Source: Flectonema sp. DT1601
Taxonomy: Eukaryota
Assembly: GCA_964019425.1 (NCBI GenBank)
Contig: OZ025797.1
Span: forward strand, 1,240,001 to 1,304,000
Direction of reading: 5' to 3'
Length of the DNA: 64,000 bases
Position numbers and translations under genes: made by a program. Shown here in pieces: positions 45,017 to 56,697 of the stretch; position 1 is the stretch's first letter, and each line of letters begins with the position of its first letter. The notes beneath the pieces were generated by a model. It saw nothing but the letters and a program-made list of their open reading frames with translations, searched no databases and had not been told where the DNA came from.

Positions 45017-48000
45017 ATGAAGACAAGCGGGAAGGGTAAGGGTAAGGGTAAGGGTAGGGGTAAGGGTAAAGGTGGTAAGGGTATGGGTATGGGTAAAGGT
45101 GAAGGTGGTAAGGGTATGGGTGAAGGTGGTAAAGGTGGTAAGGGTATGGGTATGGGTAAAGGTGAAGGTGGTAAGGGTATGGGTGAAGGTGGTAAAGGAG
45201 GATTCATTGAGGATCGCATTAAGTCTGGTGCTTGCCATCATTTAGGTGAGGCAGTTCGTTTTGTAGACAAGGCTGTTCAAAAAGGATGCCTGGCAGTCGT
45301 CACAATGTTATTAAACCCTAACAAGAATGGATCCGAATTGATTACAAAAGTGTGCTGTTTTCTGATAACTCAAAATTTTGAAGCCTTCTCAAAATTCCTG
45401 GAATTCTTGAAGGAACATCCAATGCACATCGATCAGATACGTAAGCTGCTCGGTTTGCTTCTCTCCGACACCGAATTTCAAAGGAAACTGAAAACAATTC
45501 CTGATAGGAATACACCGATTGTGCAATGGATGCAAGATGAAGCAACCATAGTGAACGATCTCAATGGCAGTAGACACTCATACCGCTATCAGGAAATCAT
45601 GTCCACCCGGCAAGAAATCATCGATCCGAGGGTCAATCTTCCACTTCCAAGTGAATTAGATTCTGCAACTTCTGAGGAATATCTTGCCTTCCACTTTGCC
45701 CTTTTAAGAGAGGATCTTATTGGACCTTTGAGAAAAGAAATGAAGGATCACCTTACTGCAATGCGTGATATCTGGAGGAAGGATATAACCAGCAAGAGGG
45801 CACGCAGAAGGTGGTTTGAGAATGCAACCTTCAGTACTATTTATGTTGGTGGTGGCGAGGAAGGTAAAGGTAAAGGTAAAGGTAAAGGTAAAGGTAAAGG
45901 TAAAGGTAAAGGCAAAGACAATGGGAAAGGTGTGAAGCACAACGGTTATCAGTCTAGAGAAGCTTTCTTTATTGTAAACTTCAACTACCATTCGACACAT
46001 GTGCTGGCGAAAGAAGATTCAATAAGAAAGCGGCGAGAACACATTGAGAACTCGCGCAACCTTCTCCCCACAGGTGGTGTGGTGGCGTTTGTTACAAGAG
46101 AAAACTTTACAATTGTTGCCCTCGCTACCATCGTAGCGAGAGAAGTAGGTGAGTTAAGTAGCCATCGTCCGACTATTGGAATCAGTTTCTGGGACGGAAC
46201 GATGGGTGCTGCTGTATTGAGAGAAACGGGAGCAACCATGGTGCAGCTGGGTGGGTGTCTGTTTGCGTATCCTCCTGTTCTGAGGTGCTTGCAAGCTATT
46301 CGGGAGGTTCCCTTTGAAGATATTATTCTTGGGGGGAAGACTATAAAAACAACTCGTTCTGTCTCATACTTATCTCAGGGAGTACAGTCTGCGGTGTATT
46401 CTCAGCTTCCAATGCCGGACCTTGACTCACCACAGCGGCGTGCAGTGAGGGAGATCTTGGCGAAGAAACTGAGCTTAATCCAAGGTCCTCCAGGGACAGG
46501 TAAGACACACGTTGCTACACACGCCGTAAACCTGCTGTATTATAATGACCCCACCGAGAAGATCCTTCTTGTGGCATTCACTAATCACACAGTTGATCAG
46601 TTCATGGAGAGCCTTCATATCCGAAGAAGTATTCCGTTGGACAAAATGGTGAGATGTGGCTCCGGGAGCAAATCGACCCTCCTTGCGGATCGTGTAATGA
46701 TGAAACTCAAGGAAAGTAAGCGAGCTAATCTAGGATCAACTCCTCATGAATTGAGAGAACAGTTAGATTCCTTAGGAGACGATATACTGTGCGCATCTGA
46801 AAAAGCATTGCACTCGCGCCCTAAATGGAGCGTAGTCGAGGAAGCTCTAAGACGGAAAAGGTTATATGATGTGCGATATCAGCTCTCGACGGAGACTACA
46901 AACGACGGGTTTACTTTAACCGGAAAAGCTGGTAAGCAGAGACAACCCTCCGATCAGTACAAATTGTGGTTCTCCGGAAAAAGCAAATCTGGAGGTAAGA
47001 TGCGAACAGGTGACCCATTTCCATGGAATCTCACATTGGCAGAGAGGAAATCGGAATCGGACTACTGGTTGGATGTTGACAGCAGCCGAGTAGAACTATC
47101 TGACTTGGTGGTTGAACATGCTGATGTGAGAAAGCAGATGCGCAAGCTGGGTGACCTTAAAAGGAAAATGGTAGTAGATGAGTGCCACATTCTGGGGTGT
47201 ACCACAACCTTTTTGGCAGAGAACTCTTCTCTCTTGGACGACGTGACGTCTGTTTTCATCGAAGAGGCTGGGGAATTGTTGGAATGCTCTGCGCTGACGT
47301 CGATGCTTTCGCTCAGTTTGCGACGTGTTGCAATGATCGGAGATCACAAGCAACTCCGACCAAAGATTGAATCCCACGACCTGACGGTAGAAAGTGATGG
47401 GCCGTACAAGTTCAACACATCTATGTTTGAAAGACTGATATTAGAAGGAAGTCCTTATGTGGCGTTAGAAATGCAGCACCGAATGAGACCTGAAATGTCG
47501 AGGCTGGTACGTCCGACCTACGAACGATACATTGACGGACCGAAGGTTGTTGATAGGCAGGTTCCGAAGGGCACAGTGAAAAATGTTGTGTTTATAGACC
47601 ACGAGAACGCTGAGGGATCTGAGAATACCACCGACAGCTTATCGAAAACAAATCAGTATGAAGTAATTATGGTAATGGGCATGCTGCGATACTTCGTCAA
47701 TCAGGGACACAGTCCGGGTGACATCGTAATTCTGACGCCTTACTTAGGGCAGCTCATTGACATCCGCCGCGCTTTGGAGAAGTCGAAATTGTGGAAGGCA
47801 ACGGTATCAGAGCTGGACGAAGAACAACTTGCGAAGCAGAAGGATGATGGAGAAGGCAACAATGAAGACGAAGACGTTCCAAAGGATCGTGCAGCAGTTC
47901 GTGTGTCCACCATCGATAACTTTCAGGGAGAAGAATCTGATATTGTAATCGTATCATTAGTTCGTTGTAATGAACGTGGTAGTATTGGGTTTTTGAAACA

Positions 48001-48613
48001 ACCAGAACGTGTGAACGTGATGCTCTCCCGTGCGCGCTGTGGTCTGTACATGATCGGGTCACTCGCTACGTTGACTAATCCTCGTGTAAGTGTTTGGATA
48101 AGACTCCGAAAGCTGCTGGAGGAAGCAAAGCAAGTATACAACGGGTTTCCTGCGGTATGTGAGACACACCGCACTGTTCAACTTCTTAAATCTGGGAATG
48201 ATTTTATTAAGTTAACACCTGATGGCGGATGCAGCTTGCCATGTGATGTTTCTTTAGAATGTAGTCACCCTTGTCCAAAGAAGTGCCACTCAACCCCACA
48301 CACCGGGATTCGGTGCCGTGTTTCTGTGAGTTCGACCTGCAGTGAAGGACACCATGTTGTGGTTGAATGTTATAAGAAAGCGAAGGGCGTGTTAGACTGT
48401 GGCTTGTGCAAGATCCGGAAAATTAACATGGAGATTGCAAACATATTGGGAAAAAATACGAATGAGTTAAAGACGGTTATTAAACAGAAGCGAGAATCAC
48501 AAGAGAATCTAGAAATGAATAGGAAGAATCGAATGGCAAAAGTGAAAGCGCTGACACAGCAAAGGGATTTGGAATTACGCAGACTGGCAGAAACTCGTCA
48601 GAAACGTGATTAG
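45017..48613 (+). CDS. ZNFX1-like SF1 RNA helicase, intact helicase + Zn-finger portion
   Basis: LLRED, IQGPPGTGKT, IEEAGE, IGDHKQLRP, SMFERL, QHRMRP, ILTPYLGQ, TIDNFQGEESDIVIVSLVR, RVNVMLSRAR, PDGGC...C.HPC.KKCH. Confidence 0.88.
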   Translation: MKTSGKGKGKGKGRGKGKGGKGMGMGKGEGGKGMGEGGKGGKGMGMGKGEGGKGMGEGGKGGFIEDRIKSGACHHLGEAVRFVDKAVQKGCLAVVTMLLNPNKNGSELITKVCCFLITQNFEAFSKFLEFLKEHPMHIDQIRKLLGLLLSDTEFQRKLKTIPDRNTPIVQWMQDEATIVNDLNGSRHSYRYQEIMSTRQEIIDPRVNLPLPSELDSATSEEYLAFHFALLREDLIGPLRKEMKDHLTAMRDIWRKDITSKRARRRWFENATFSTIYVGGGEEGKGKGKGKGKGKGKGKGKDNGKGVKHNGYQSREAFFIVNFNYHSTHVLAKEDSIRKRREHIENSRNLLPTGGVVAFVTRENFTIVALATIVAREVGELSSHRPTIGISFWDGTMGAAVLRETGATMVQLGGCLFAYPPVLRCLQAIREVPFEDIILGGKTIKTTRSVSYLSQGVQSAVYSQLPMPDLDSPQRRAVREILAKKLSLIQGPPGTGKTHVATHAVNLLYYNDPTEKILLVAFTNHTVDQFMESLHIRRSIPLDKMVRCGSGSKSTLLADRVMMKLKESKRANLGSTPHELREQLDSLGDDILCASEKALHSRPKWSVVEEALRRKRLYDVRYQLSTETTNDGFTLTGKAGKQRQPSDQYKLWFSGKSKSGGKMRTGDPFPWNLTLAERKSESDYWLDVDSSRVELSDLVVEHADVRKQMRKLGDLKRKMVVDECHILGCTTTFLAENSSLLDDVTSVFIEEAGELLECSALTSMLSLSLRRVAMIGDHKQLRPKIESHDLTVESDGPYKFNTSMFERLILEGSPYVALEMQHRMRPEMSRLVRPTYERYIDGPKVVDRQVPKGTVKNVVFIDHENAEGSENTTDSLSKTNQYEVIMVMGMLRYFVNQGHSPGDIVILTPYLGQLIDIRRALEKSKLWKATVSELDEEQLAKQKDDGEGNNEDEDVPKDRAAVRVSTIDNFQGEESDIVIVSLVRCNERGSIGFLKQPERVNVMLSRARCGLYMIGSLATLTNPRVSVWIRLRKLLEEAKQVYNGFPAVCETHRTVQLLKSGNDFIKLTPDGGCSLPCDVSLECSHPCPKKCHSTPHTGIRCRVSVSSTCSEGHHVVVECYKKAKGVLDCGLCKIRKINMEIANILGKNTNELKTVIKQKRESQENLEMNRKNRMAKVKALTQQRDLELRRLAETRQKRD

Positions 48614-49502
48614 GAAATGCGTACTGTCAACGACAGAGCTAATCTGCAAAAAATGAATTTGGAAGAATCGAATGCTGTCAAAGAACGAGAATCTGGGCAG
48701 CTGAATGCCATGCGAGAAGATCTACGCAAAGCTTGCGAAAAAGGAGAACTCGATAAAATTGTGTCAGCTGCACAACGAGATCCTGAGAACTTTGATATTA
48801 TCTTCGGATGGAGGGACATGCACAAAGAGCTTAAGAACACGACTCCTCGACAGGAAGTTCTGCGAGGCCGTCCGATGCAGGCGATGATTATTTTACTTTC
48901 TGAGAAACCCAACGTAATTTCTGCGTATCAAATGCTTCTTGAAGGCGATGATGAAGTAGTTTTGTTTCTGCGGAGGTACTGCGAACAGCTGTTAGCTGAC
49001 GGTCCCGCACGTAGTTTGCTTGAGGACGCAGCTAATGTGGCACTTCCTTCATCCTACTTGTCGATGGTACTCGCGTTGCGGACAAATATGCAGAGTGTAG
49101 TCAAGGGTAATTTGAGTTTAGCCCACAGATTTTTGTGTGGCTCCGTACTCGTTAGTTTAATACGGCTTCGTGACGCGGGGGCAGATACGATACTGCTGGA
49201 TACGGTCTTTGGGCTTGTTGCAAAGAAAACACGCATTTTCAAGGAGACTTTTTGCGAAAATGAGTCTGACAAAGTATCTCGTCCGCGGTACTTTTAGGAT
49301 ACACGAAAGAGATTGAGAGGATGATAAATAATTGCAACCCCGGGTTCCAACGTCGTTTCCAGTTCACAAACGCGTGGAACTTCGAGGATTTCAATGACGA
49401 GTTGTTCCGCATCCTCGCAGCAAGATTGAAGAAACAGGACCTGCTCATGGATACGTCTGATATAATGAAAGTGGTTTCGGAGGTCTTATCCAAAAAAAAA
49501 AA

Positions 49503-50060
49503 ATGTTACCAAACTTTGGCAATGCTGGGGAAGTGAACAACTGCCTCTCTGCCGCCGCACAACGTCTGCTAAAATGCGTAAAGAACGATCCCTCAATCGC
49601 TAGTGACCGGCCTTTGTTTTCTCGCTTTCAGGAATCGGCAGGTGCAGAGCAAACAGATGTGGCTGCCCTGTTCAGCGATTTGGCTTCTGTGGGCAGCATA
49701 GTGACGAGATTTGAAAAGATCCGTAATGTCTGTTTGCAATGTAAAAAGAAGGGAAAAGAACCTCGGGATGCGATCCCCATGAACTTCCGCTTTGTAGGCG
49801 CACCAGGTACTGGGAAGACAACTGTAGCAAAACGGATCGGGAAGCTTTACGAAAGCCTTGGGATCTTGGGATCATCAGAAGTGAACATGAAGTCTGTATC
49901 TGACTTTGTAACTGGGTACGCGCAACAAGCCGCGAAGCAAACACAAATGATTTTCAAAGAGAGTCTTGGCCGCGTGCTTTTCATTGACGAGGCGTACAGG
50001 TTAACCGAATCACGTGAGGTACTGGATGAGATTGTACAACTTTTAACGGACGAGACGTAA
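49503..50060 (+). pseudogene. CbbX/SpoVK-like AAA+ ATPase fragment (tail of the helicase gene)
   Basis: FGNA, NFRFVGAPGTGKTTVA, GRVLFIDEAYRL; preceded in another frame by GY...NPGFQRRF...FEDF. Confidence 0.8.
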
Positions 50061-50270
50061 TAAGTGACCGACTTATTTCTACACCATACTGATGATGAGA
50101 GAATAGAGGTAAGAGGTATATGGATTACTCTCGAAACCTGATAGTTACTTTAAAAGGCTAAGTTAAGCATCACCATAGTCACTGCATCCTTAACAGATGT
50201 TAAATTATCGTTATGTTAATATGATACAAAACAGTTGTATTTTAAAAAATCAAACATTCAATCTCCCTGA

Positions 50271-52196
50271 AGAACATATTAGTCCCCTGCCTTCCATTGC
50301 TTGTAGGGGTTACTATTTTATTTCCTTCCCTTTTGGCTCAATGTTTGTTGTTGCTGTTGGGCTGCTTGTTGTGTTGTAATAAATTTGTTATTCGTAAGCT
50401 TCCTTTTTAGTGCTTGCGTCTTTCCTCTGTGATTATACTCGGGCTTTGCTCTCGTCAAATCACGTCATCAGCCACATGCAAACGTTATTTCTCATTGTGA
50501 AATAATGTACTTGACATAGTGAAGTAATTCATTATTGAAAACAATCGGAGACAATAATTATTTTCTTATTTATTTGAAATGATGCGGCTCTTCTTCTTCT
50601 CTTTTACGAACATGTGATGAATTATCGACATGAGAATCTTTTCGGATATGTTTTTATTGTATTCGAGTAAGAGTGTTGATGAATTGAACAACAAGTCAAC
50701 AGAAGTAGTGTGTTTCCATCTTATTTCCCCCAAGTAATAGTAAAGATTAGTGAAGTGTTTCTTTTTTTACAACAAACTCGTATTCTAACTTGTTTGAAGA
50801 TTGGCGTTTCCAGCCGTCTCTCGAACTGCCTGCCTCGTGCGAGCGGTTCTTACTCTCTCTTGTACCTCTAATAAGCACTAACCCCCTCCCTTCTTCCCAG
50901 CTTGGTTTTATTTTATTTTGTGTTTGCGAATTATCTTTCAAAAGTGTGAGAACTCATTACGTGAATCTAAAGTAAGATTGCTGGTGCATTCGTACGACTT
51001 TTTTCATTTTCTTGAGCTCGTTGGATCTTCTCTCTTTGTTGTTGTACATTGTACTGCCATTTGGGGGTTGGTCCCATTTTATTTTGTTGAAAAGAAAGAA
51101 AAAAACGAGTGCAAGAAACAAAGTGCGTGTTTTCTTTCCCTTTAACTATTATAATAAAAATCATATTCTAATTACAAGATTTTTAGAAAAAAAACATAAA
51201 AAAAAAACAAAGCAGGGGGGATCCTCCCTGTGCCATCGTTTAAAAAGAAATTTAAAAAAAGAAATCCTGCTCTCCAGCAAACACAAAAAATACAAGATAA
51301 GAAAACCGAATTTTCGGATCCCACATCACAAGAAAGGGATAACAAAGAAAGATGTTTCCATTTTATTTTCCCCGAAAAGAAAAGACAACAATAAAAAATA
51401 AAACTAATGAATGGAGTAACTAATGCACTCCAAAATAAAATATCCCAAAAGAGAAACATCCTCGTAGAGCACAAGTAGTAACACAACAATCAACTTATTA
51501 TTCAAAACAGTGAGAGGAAATAGAAACATGTTTCATTGGCAAAGGGACATCTCATGGGAAGCAGAGGTTCCGATTTCAACTGCGAGAGAGACTTCCATGC
51601 AGACTGCGAGAGAGACTTCCATGCAGACTGCGAGAGAGACTTCCATGCAGACTGCGAGAGAGACTTCCATGCAGACTGCGAGAGAGACTTCCATGCAGAC
51701 TGCGAGAGAGACTTCCATGCAGACTGCGAGAGAGACTTCCATGCAGACTGCGAGAGAGACTTCCATGCAGACTGCAAACAGCTCACCTGACGTGTTGATC
51801 GTTAAGAGAAGTAATCGATTCCTTGAAGAGATTAAAATTAAACAAAATAAGAACAAACAAATTGAACAGGCGAGACTCTTACGTGAGATACCTGAAGTAA
51901 AGAAATCTCTAAAATATGATGAAAGTGTTTTGAGTGTAATAAAGAAACTCACATCCACATCAACTAAAAGGATGAACACGGAGATTACAACACAGCAATC
52001 GAGGGTATCAAATCGACATCGTTTGTGGACTTGTAAACAATCATATTATAATCCTCTATTCCCAATTTATTGGAACGGTAGAAATCCATCCTCGAGAGAG
52101 TCACTTGAAATGTTTCCATTCAAAGGAAGAAAGGCTGAGCGGGGACCACACGGTTCGGATCTGCGTAAGGGTTTCCGGGGTCCCATTCCATACAAA
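50271..52196 (+). repeat. Direct repeat copy 2 plus a single set of the array modules
   Basis: 50271-50410 matches 23585-23740; 50411 onward matches modules in 27296-30460. Confidence 0.88.
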
Positions 52197-52496
52197 AAAA
52201 GAGAAAAACGAAGACTTTTGAGAAATACTCATCGCAGCTTAAAGCTCGCAAGGGATGCGAAATTATCATTTCTGTTCTCTGGTGGTACTGAAAATAGTTC
52301 TTCAATTCGAACACAACCACAACCACAGCCACGAAATCATCAAAACATTCACAACGTCGATAACAAGTCAACTGTGAAGGTCGATGGTATTATAAATCAG
52401 CGAGGAATTAAATTTATGATCAAATCAGATAGTGATTACACACTTACTACACAACCTCCTTTACCCAGAGATGATAGCTTTGATTTATTTGCGTAG
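51510..52496 (+). CDS. Hypothetical basic protein with (TARETSMQ)8 repeat; start uncertain
   Basis: 328-aa ORF; the copies at ~30 kb and ~38 kb are broken by an inversion. Confidence 0.45.
   Translation: MRGNRNMFHWQRDISWEAEVPISTARETSMQTARETSMQTARETSMQTARETSMQTARETSMQTARETSMQTARETSMQTARETSMQTANSSPDVLIVKRSNRFLEEIKIKQNKNKQIEQARLLREIPEVKKSLKYDESVLSVIKKLTSTSTKRMNTEITTQQSRVSNRHRLWTCKQSYYNPLFPIYWNGRNPSSRESLEMFPFKGRKAERGPHGSDLRKGFRGPIPYKKREKRRLLRNTHRSLKLARDAKLSFLFSGGTENSSSIRTQPQPQPRNHQNIHNVDNKSTVKVDGIINQRGIKFMIKSDSDYTLTTQPPLPRDDSFDLFA
51579..51775 (+). repeat. 24-bp tandem repeat (ACTGCGAGAGAGACTTCCATGCAG) x8
   Basis: Eight perfect units; a single unit at ~30026 and ~38280. Confidence 0.95.
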
Positions 52497-52880
52497 ATGA
52501 GAGGAGCAAAAAAAAAGATATAATCCAAGAAGTGGTGTTGTTGTTTTATGTATTATTCTGTTGCCGTGTTGTGTTCAGTTAACTTATTATGGCGGCTGTT
52601 AAACGCAATTCACTCATTGGTGACTTGACCTTGTCGAAGACTGCTGAGTTGCTTAACCATTTCTAACCTTAAAGCAATTCCAATTTTATTTGTTTTTGTT
52701 TGATTCCTCTCTGTTTTCCCATTCATGCAATTTAGTTTTATACTATAGCTCCTTTCTACGAACACGTCAGCTTTGCTTAAGAATTGCAAGACAGACGGTT
52801 TTCGTTTTGTTAGTTTCGGTAAGTAGTGTCAATTTGTAATTTCTAATTTTCAGAACTTATACAACAAAAAGAAAACATAA

Positions 52881-53474
52881 ATGGGTTGTGGTGCCAGTGG
52901 TGAACCAGCAACAAAGGAGAAGTTACCTCCTTTGACTTGCCCGTTGTCGAAGGAAGAATTGGCTGAAAAAGGATGGCACAAAGAGGTACGTGTTGCATAC
53001 ATTTGTTTTACGTTTTTCTTCAAAAAACGTAATTCCTTAATATCTAATACTACATAACTAACACACAGATTATTGAGTCAGGTACGATTCCTCTGAAAAA
53101 GGGAAGTAAAATAGTTGTAAACTTTAAAGGCTATCTACGGGAAAGTCCGTATACGTGTTTTGGAGAAGGGACGGACAAGGTATGTTTCCTGCTTTCACTC
53201 GCTTAGTTCTTCCTTCAGTGTGTGAGACCTTAGCCAATTAATCTATTTTTGATTATTGTTTTTATATCACAAAATAAATAACAACAATACCAAACAATAG
53301 GAAATTACTGTGGGTAAAGGACTTGTCAAGGGTATGAACAAAGGAATATCGGAAATGAAGTCTGGCGAAGTCGCAGTAATCGCCTGCTCTGCCGCTTACG
53401 GTTATGGTGAAAAGTCTATGCCTGGCGTACCTGCGGAGTCTGAGCTTCTATTTAAAGTTACTGTTCGCGAGTAA
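52881..53474 (+). CDS. FKBP-type peptidyl-prolyl isomerase-like protein with MGCGAS N-terminus (exons 52881-52985, 53069-53179, 53301-53474)
   Basis: Spliced 129-aa product: ...KKGSKIVVNFKGYL...VGKGLVKGMNKGISEMKSGE...SAAYGYG...GVPAESELLFKV; absent from the ORF track. Confidence 0.9.
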
Positions 53475-55540
53475 AGACTAAAAGTAGAATATCTACTACA
53501 GTGTTGCTGCTGCCCCATTCCCCACGGAAATTCCGATTCTCAGTCGGTAACTTCGAAATGGGAGAATGGATAAATAAAAACACAGCGATGTGAATTGATA
53601 TCTGAAGAGATCCTCTCTTAAATTAGGTCGCTAGAATGGTGTGTTGTCGATGATAAACAAGAAGAATAACATCGGGTTTTCTTTTACTATTTTTACTGAC
53701 AAGATCATTCGGCCATACTGATCCTGTTGTGAGGTTTCTTTTGTTCTCGCTGACGGGTTGTGAACTTCTTTCTGTTTTCGTAGTGACTTTGGAAAAAAAA
53801 AAAAAAAAAAAAAGAAGATAGTAAGAGCGAAGGCAGTTTTGTTGCTTTTCTTTCAGTACGATTATTCTTTCCTTTCTTTTGTTATTTTTCTTGTCTTTAT
53901 TTTATAGCTGTCGCGCCTAAAGGGGACAACCTATACAGTAACATCGTCGTGACTTGACTCTATTAAAATACACTGGCAATCTGTCTCTGTTACAGAAGAT
54001 ATAAAAACCGTATTGTGATTGTCGGATATCTATTTTTATATTTTTATTTTTATTTTTTTTTTTTTTAATTTCTCGGATAAAATAAAGTGAACCAGTTAAA
54101 GATGTTAGGGATTTAACCCTCATAAAGCTGTGTACTTACTTTGTCTGTCTATGATTGTTGGTAGCGTTCTGTTAGTCTTCACTACATTTCTTATTACACC
54201 GAAAACAGTTAGGATTACACAGAGGTAGCTCTGGTTTATCGAATTGTCTTTTTTTTTTCCCCCCCATGCGCTTTAGTTTTTTATTGTTATTACTTATTAT
54301 TGTTTTTGTCGTGATTAGTAATTTAAAAATAAAAAACCATCCTTTAGGGAAGCTCTTGCAAGTCTGTTGTGGTGTTGCGCTCATAAAGTAATTTTTTTTT
54401 TTTTTTCCCCCTTTCTTCTATTTCATCTGCACAAAGTTGGACCTACTTAACGACGACGATATTTGTTATCCTTGTTTTGCAGAATGACGGATTAATTATT
54501 ATTATTAATTGCCGCCTTACTACTACTTGACTACTATTTCGATGTACTTTCCTTGTAATTTCCCTCTAAGCTTCAGTTATCTTCTCTGTGACATAATAAT
54601 GGAAAGTCACAAAAAAAAAAAAAAAAAAAAAAATACAACGGCTAGTTGTATTGTAGTAGTGATGACAAGCAAAATCTTGTTGTGAAAAACTGTCGTCTCA
54701 GTGAGCTCTTCCTGTACCTTAATATTATTTTATTTATGAATTCTATTCTTGTTGTTATTTATAGACACTTGTCAGAGGAGAATCCTGTCACAAGTGACTG
54801 TTGATACAAAAAGAAAAAAAAGAACAAGAAAAGGAAAGAGCCATCGTTTAAACCGCAACTATTGAAGTTGAGGTCTAAAGTATTATTTATTACCCACTAT
54901 TTATGGAGTACTTACTTTGATACAAAAAGCAATCAAGGTAGTTAGGAAACTCCTGAAGAATATTAACATAAAAATAGTGGTCAAAAAAAATTGGTGTGTG
55001 TGTGTTGTTTTATTTCGCCCCCGGTGCTCAATACAAATGAGAGGTAAAGGGGTGGCCCTGAGCATAACTGCAGTTCAGCTCTTTATCATCATAGTCGAAG
55101 AAGAGCTTTTCATTGAATGTAGTTAGGTTCCTCTGAATGGTTCCTTAAACCAGTGGAAGGTACAGAGGCTTGTCCAGGTCTTTTTTTTACTACTTCGTCT
55201 CTCTGTCTGTGAGATGAGGCCTTTCTTCGTTTTTGTTTTTTCCAACATCGTCTGTCAGGTCTTGGTAGTCTTTTTTTTTTTTTTTTTGCCTTACGAATTT
55301 ACCAATATAATGCTGTGTTTATTTTTATTTCCTAGAGCTGTGGCTTAGCCCTGACCTCGATAAATAAATAAATAAAAGTTTTAATATTTATAAAAACACA
55401 CCTATAAGAACGTACTACATCAGTGATGCAGTGATGCGCAATGCGCAGTGTAATAGACTTCTTAAAAAAAAGGGATTTGATGTATTTTGTGAAGTCTTTA
55501 TTTTGTTTTATTTTTAAAATAGCGTTCCAACCACTTTGGG

Positions 55541-55572
<32 letters not shown>

Positions 55573-56663
55573 CTGTCATGAAATTTCTAAGGGAGAGCGC
55601 GTGTGGTTTTTTTTTTTTTTTTTTTTTTTTTTGATTGATCGTTCACTCCATTTGTTATCACAAGTTCTCATCTGTGAGATAGAAAGTTTACTATAGTTTG
55701 GTCTGCTGATCAAAGCTTATTTATGTGGTAAATATGGACAAGCTATTTATCAGAATTCCAGCGCCCAACCATTGTCTCATATAACAGTGTTTAGGGAAAA
55801 AATAATATTGACAGCATACGGTGTCGTGTACAAACGAGTTAGTTTTTATTTTATATTATAGTCAAGTTAGGTTATCAGTTTAGATAGCCATATGTGATTG
55901 TGTTTGCTTTAACATTTCTGAATTTTAAATGTTTCAATTTTTTTACTATACTGAGAGGATGATATAATACAGTATTTAGATTTTAATAAACACAACAAAC
56001 CCCTCGATTTCACAAAAAACAAACAAAATACTAGAATCCGCTCGGGGTGTTGTCGTTAATAGTTCTCTGAGTACTTCAATTTTTTTTGCAAAAAAAAAAA
56101 AAAAAAAATAATGCAAGTTCAACAATATTCTGACTTCGCAAGTGTGATCACTGATTGCCTTAGTCTATCAAAACAGCATATAACTTGCTATAAACTTTTT
56201 TTATATATACACAAAGCTTACATAAACCGTTAATTGCTTTTGAGCTCAAATAGGGGCGAGAGCAACATCTGTTCACTGGTCTGCTTAGTACAAATGTTGA
56301 GCCCTGCCTGATTGTAATTTTCATCATTTGATATTTTTTAAACTCAAAAAAAGAAAAAAAATTTTCCACTCCTATTCTGGAGTATTTTTTAATTAATTTT
56401 ATTTCAATCTTTTTTTGTAAGCCGGAGGGTAGGCTTTATTTTTATATGTTGCGCGAGGAATTGTATAAAGAAGTGTGCAGTTGCAGAATTTAAGGAAAAA
56501 AAAAAGAAGGTTGGACGTTATGTATCCTGGCCTTGAATTTTAATTCTTTTTTTTTTTCTCCCTTTCTTTTGTTTTTGCTGTTGTGCACGAATCGAAAAAA
56601 AAAAAACAAAAAAACAAAAAATAAAAACAAAACAAAAAAACCTAATCTGATTTTTTAGCTTTG

Positions 56664-56697
<34 letters not shown>

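Larger units (their letters stand above)
45017..50060 (+). pseudogene. ZNFX1-like UPF1-family (SF1) helicase with NFX1-type Zn finger fused to CbbX/SpoVK-like AAA+ domains, disrupted
   Basis: In-frame TAG at 48611-48613, frame break and apparent deletion at ~49290, frameshift in the A-run at ~49492-49503, truncation after IDEAY at ~50057. Confidence 0.75.

Noticed and set aside
48611..48613. TAG codon reassignment
   Set aside because: ACP and NRK end at TAG at their expected C-termini, and no other gene shows in-frame TAG
51579..51775. 24-bp repeats as CRISPR
   Set aside because: Head-to-tail tandem units with no spacers
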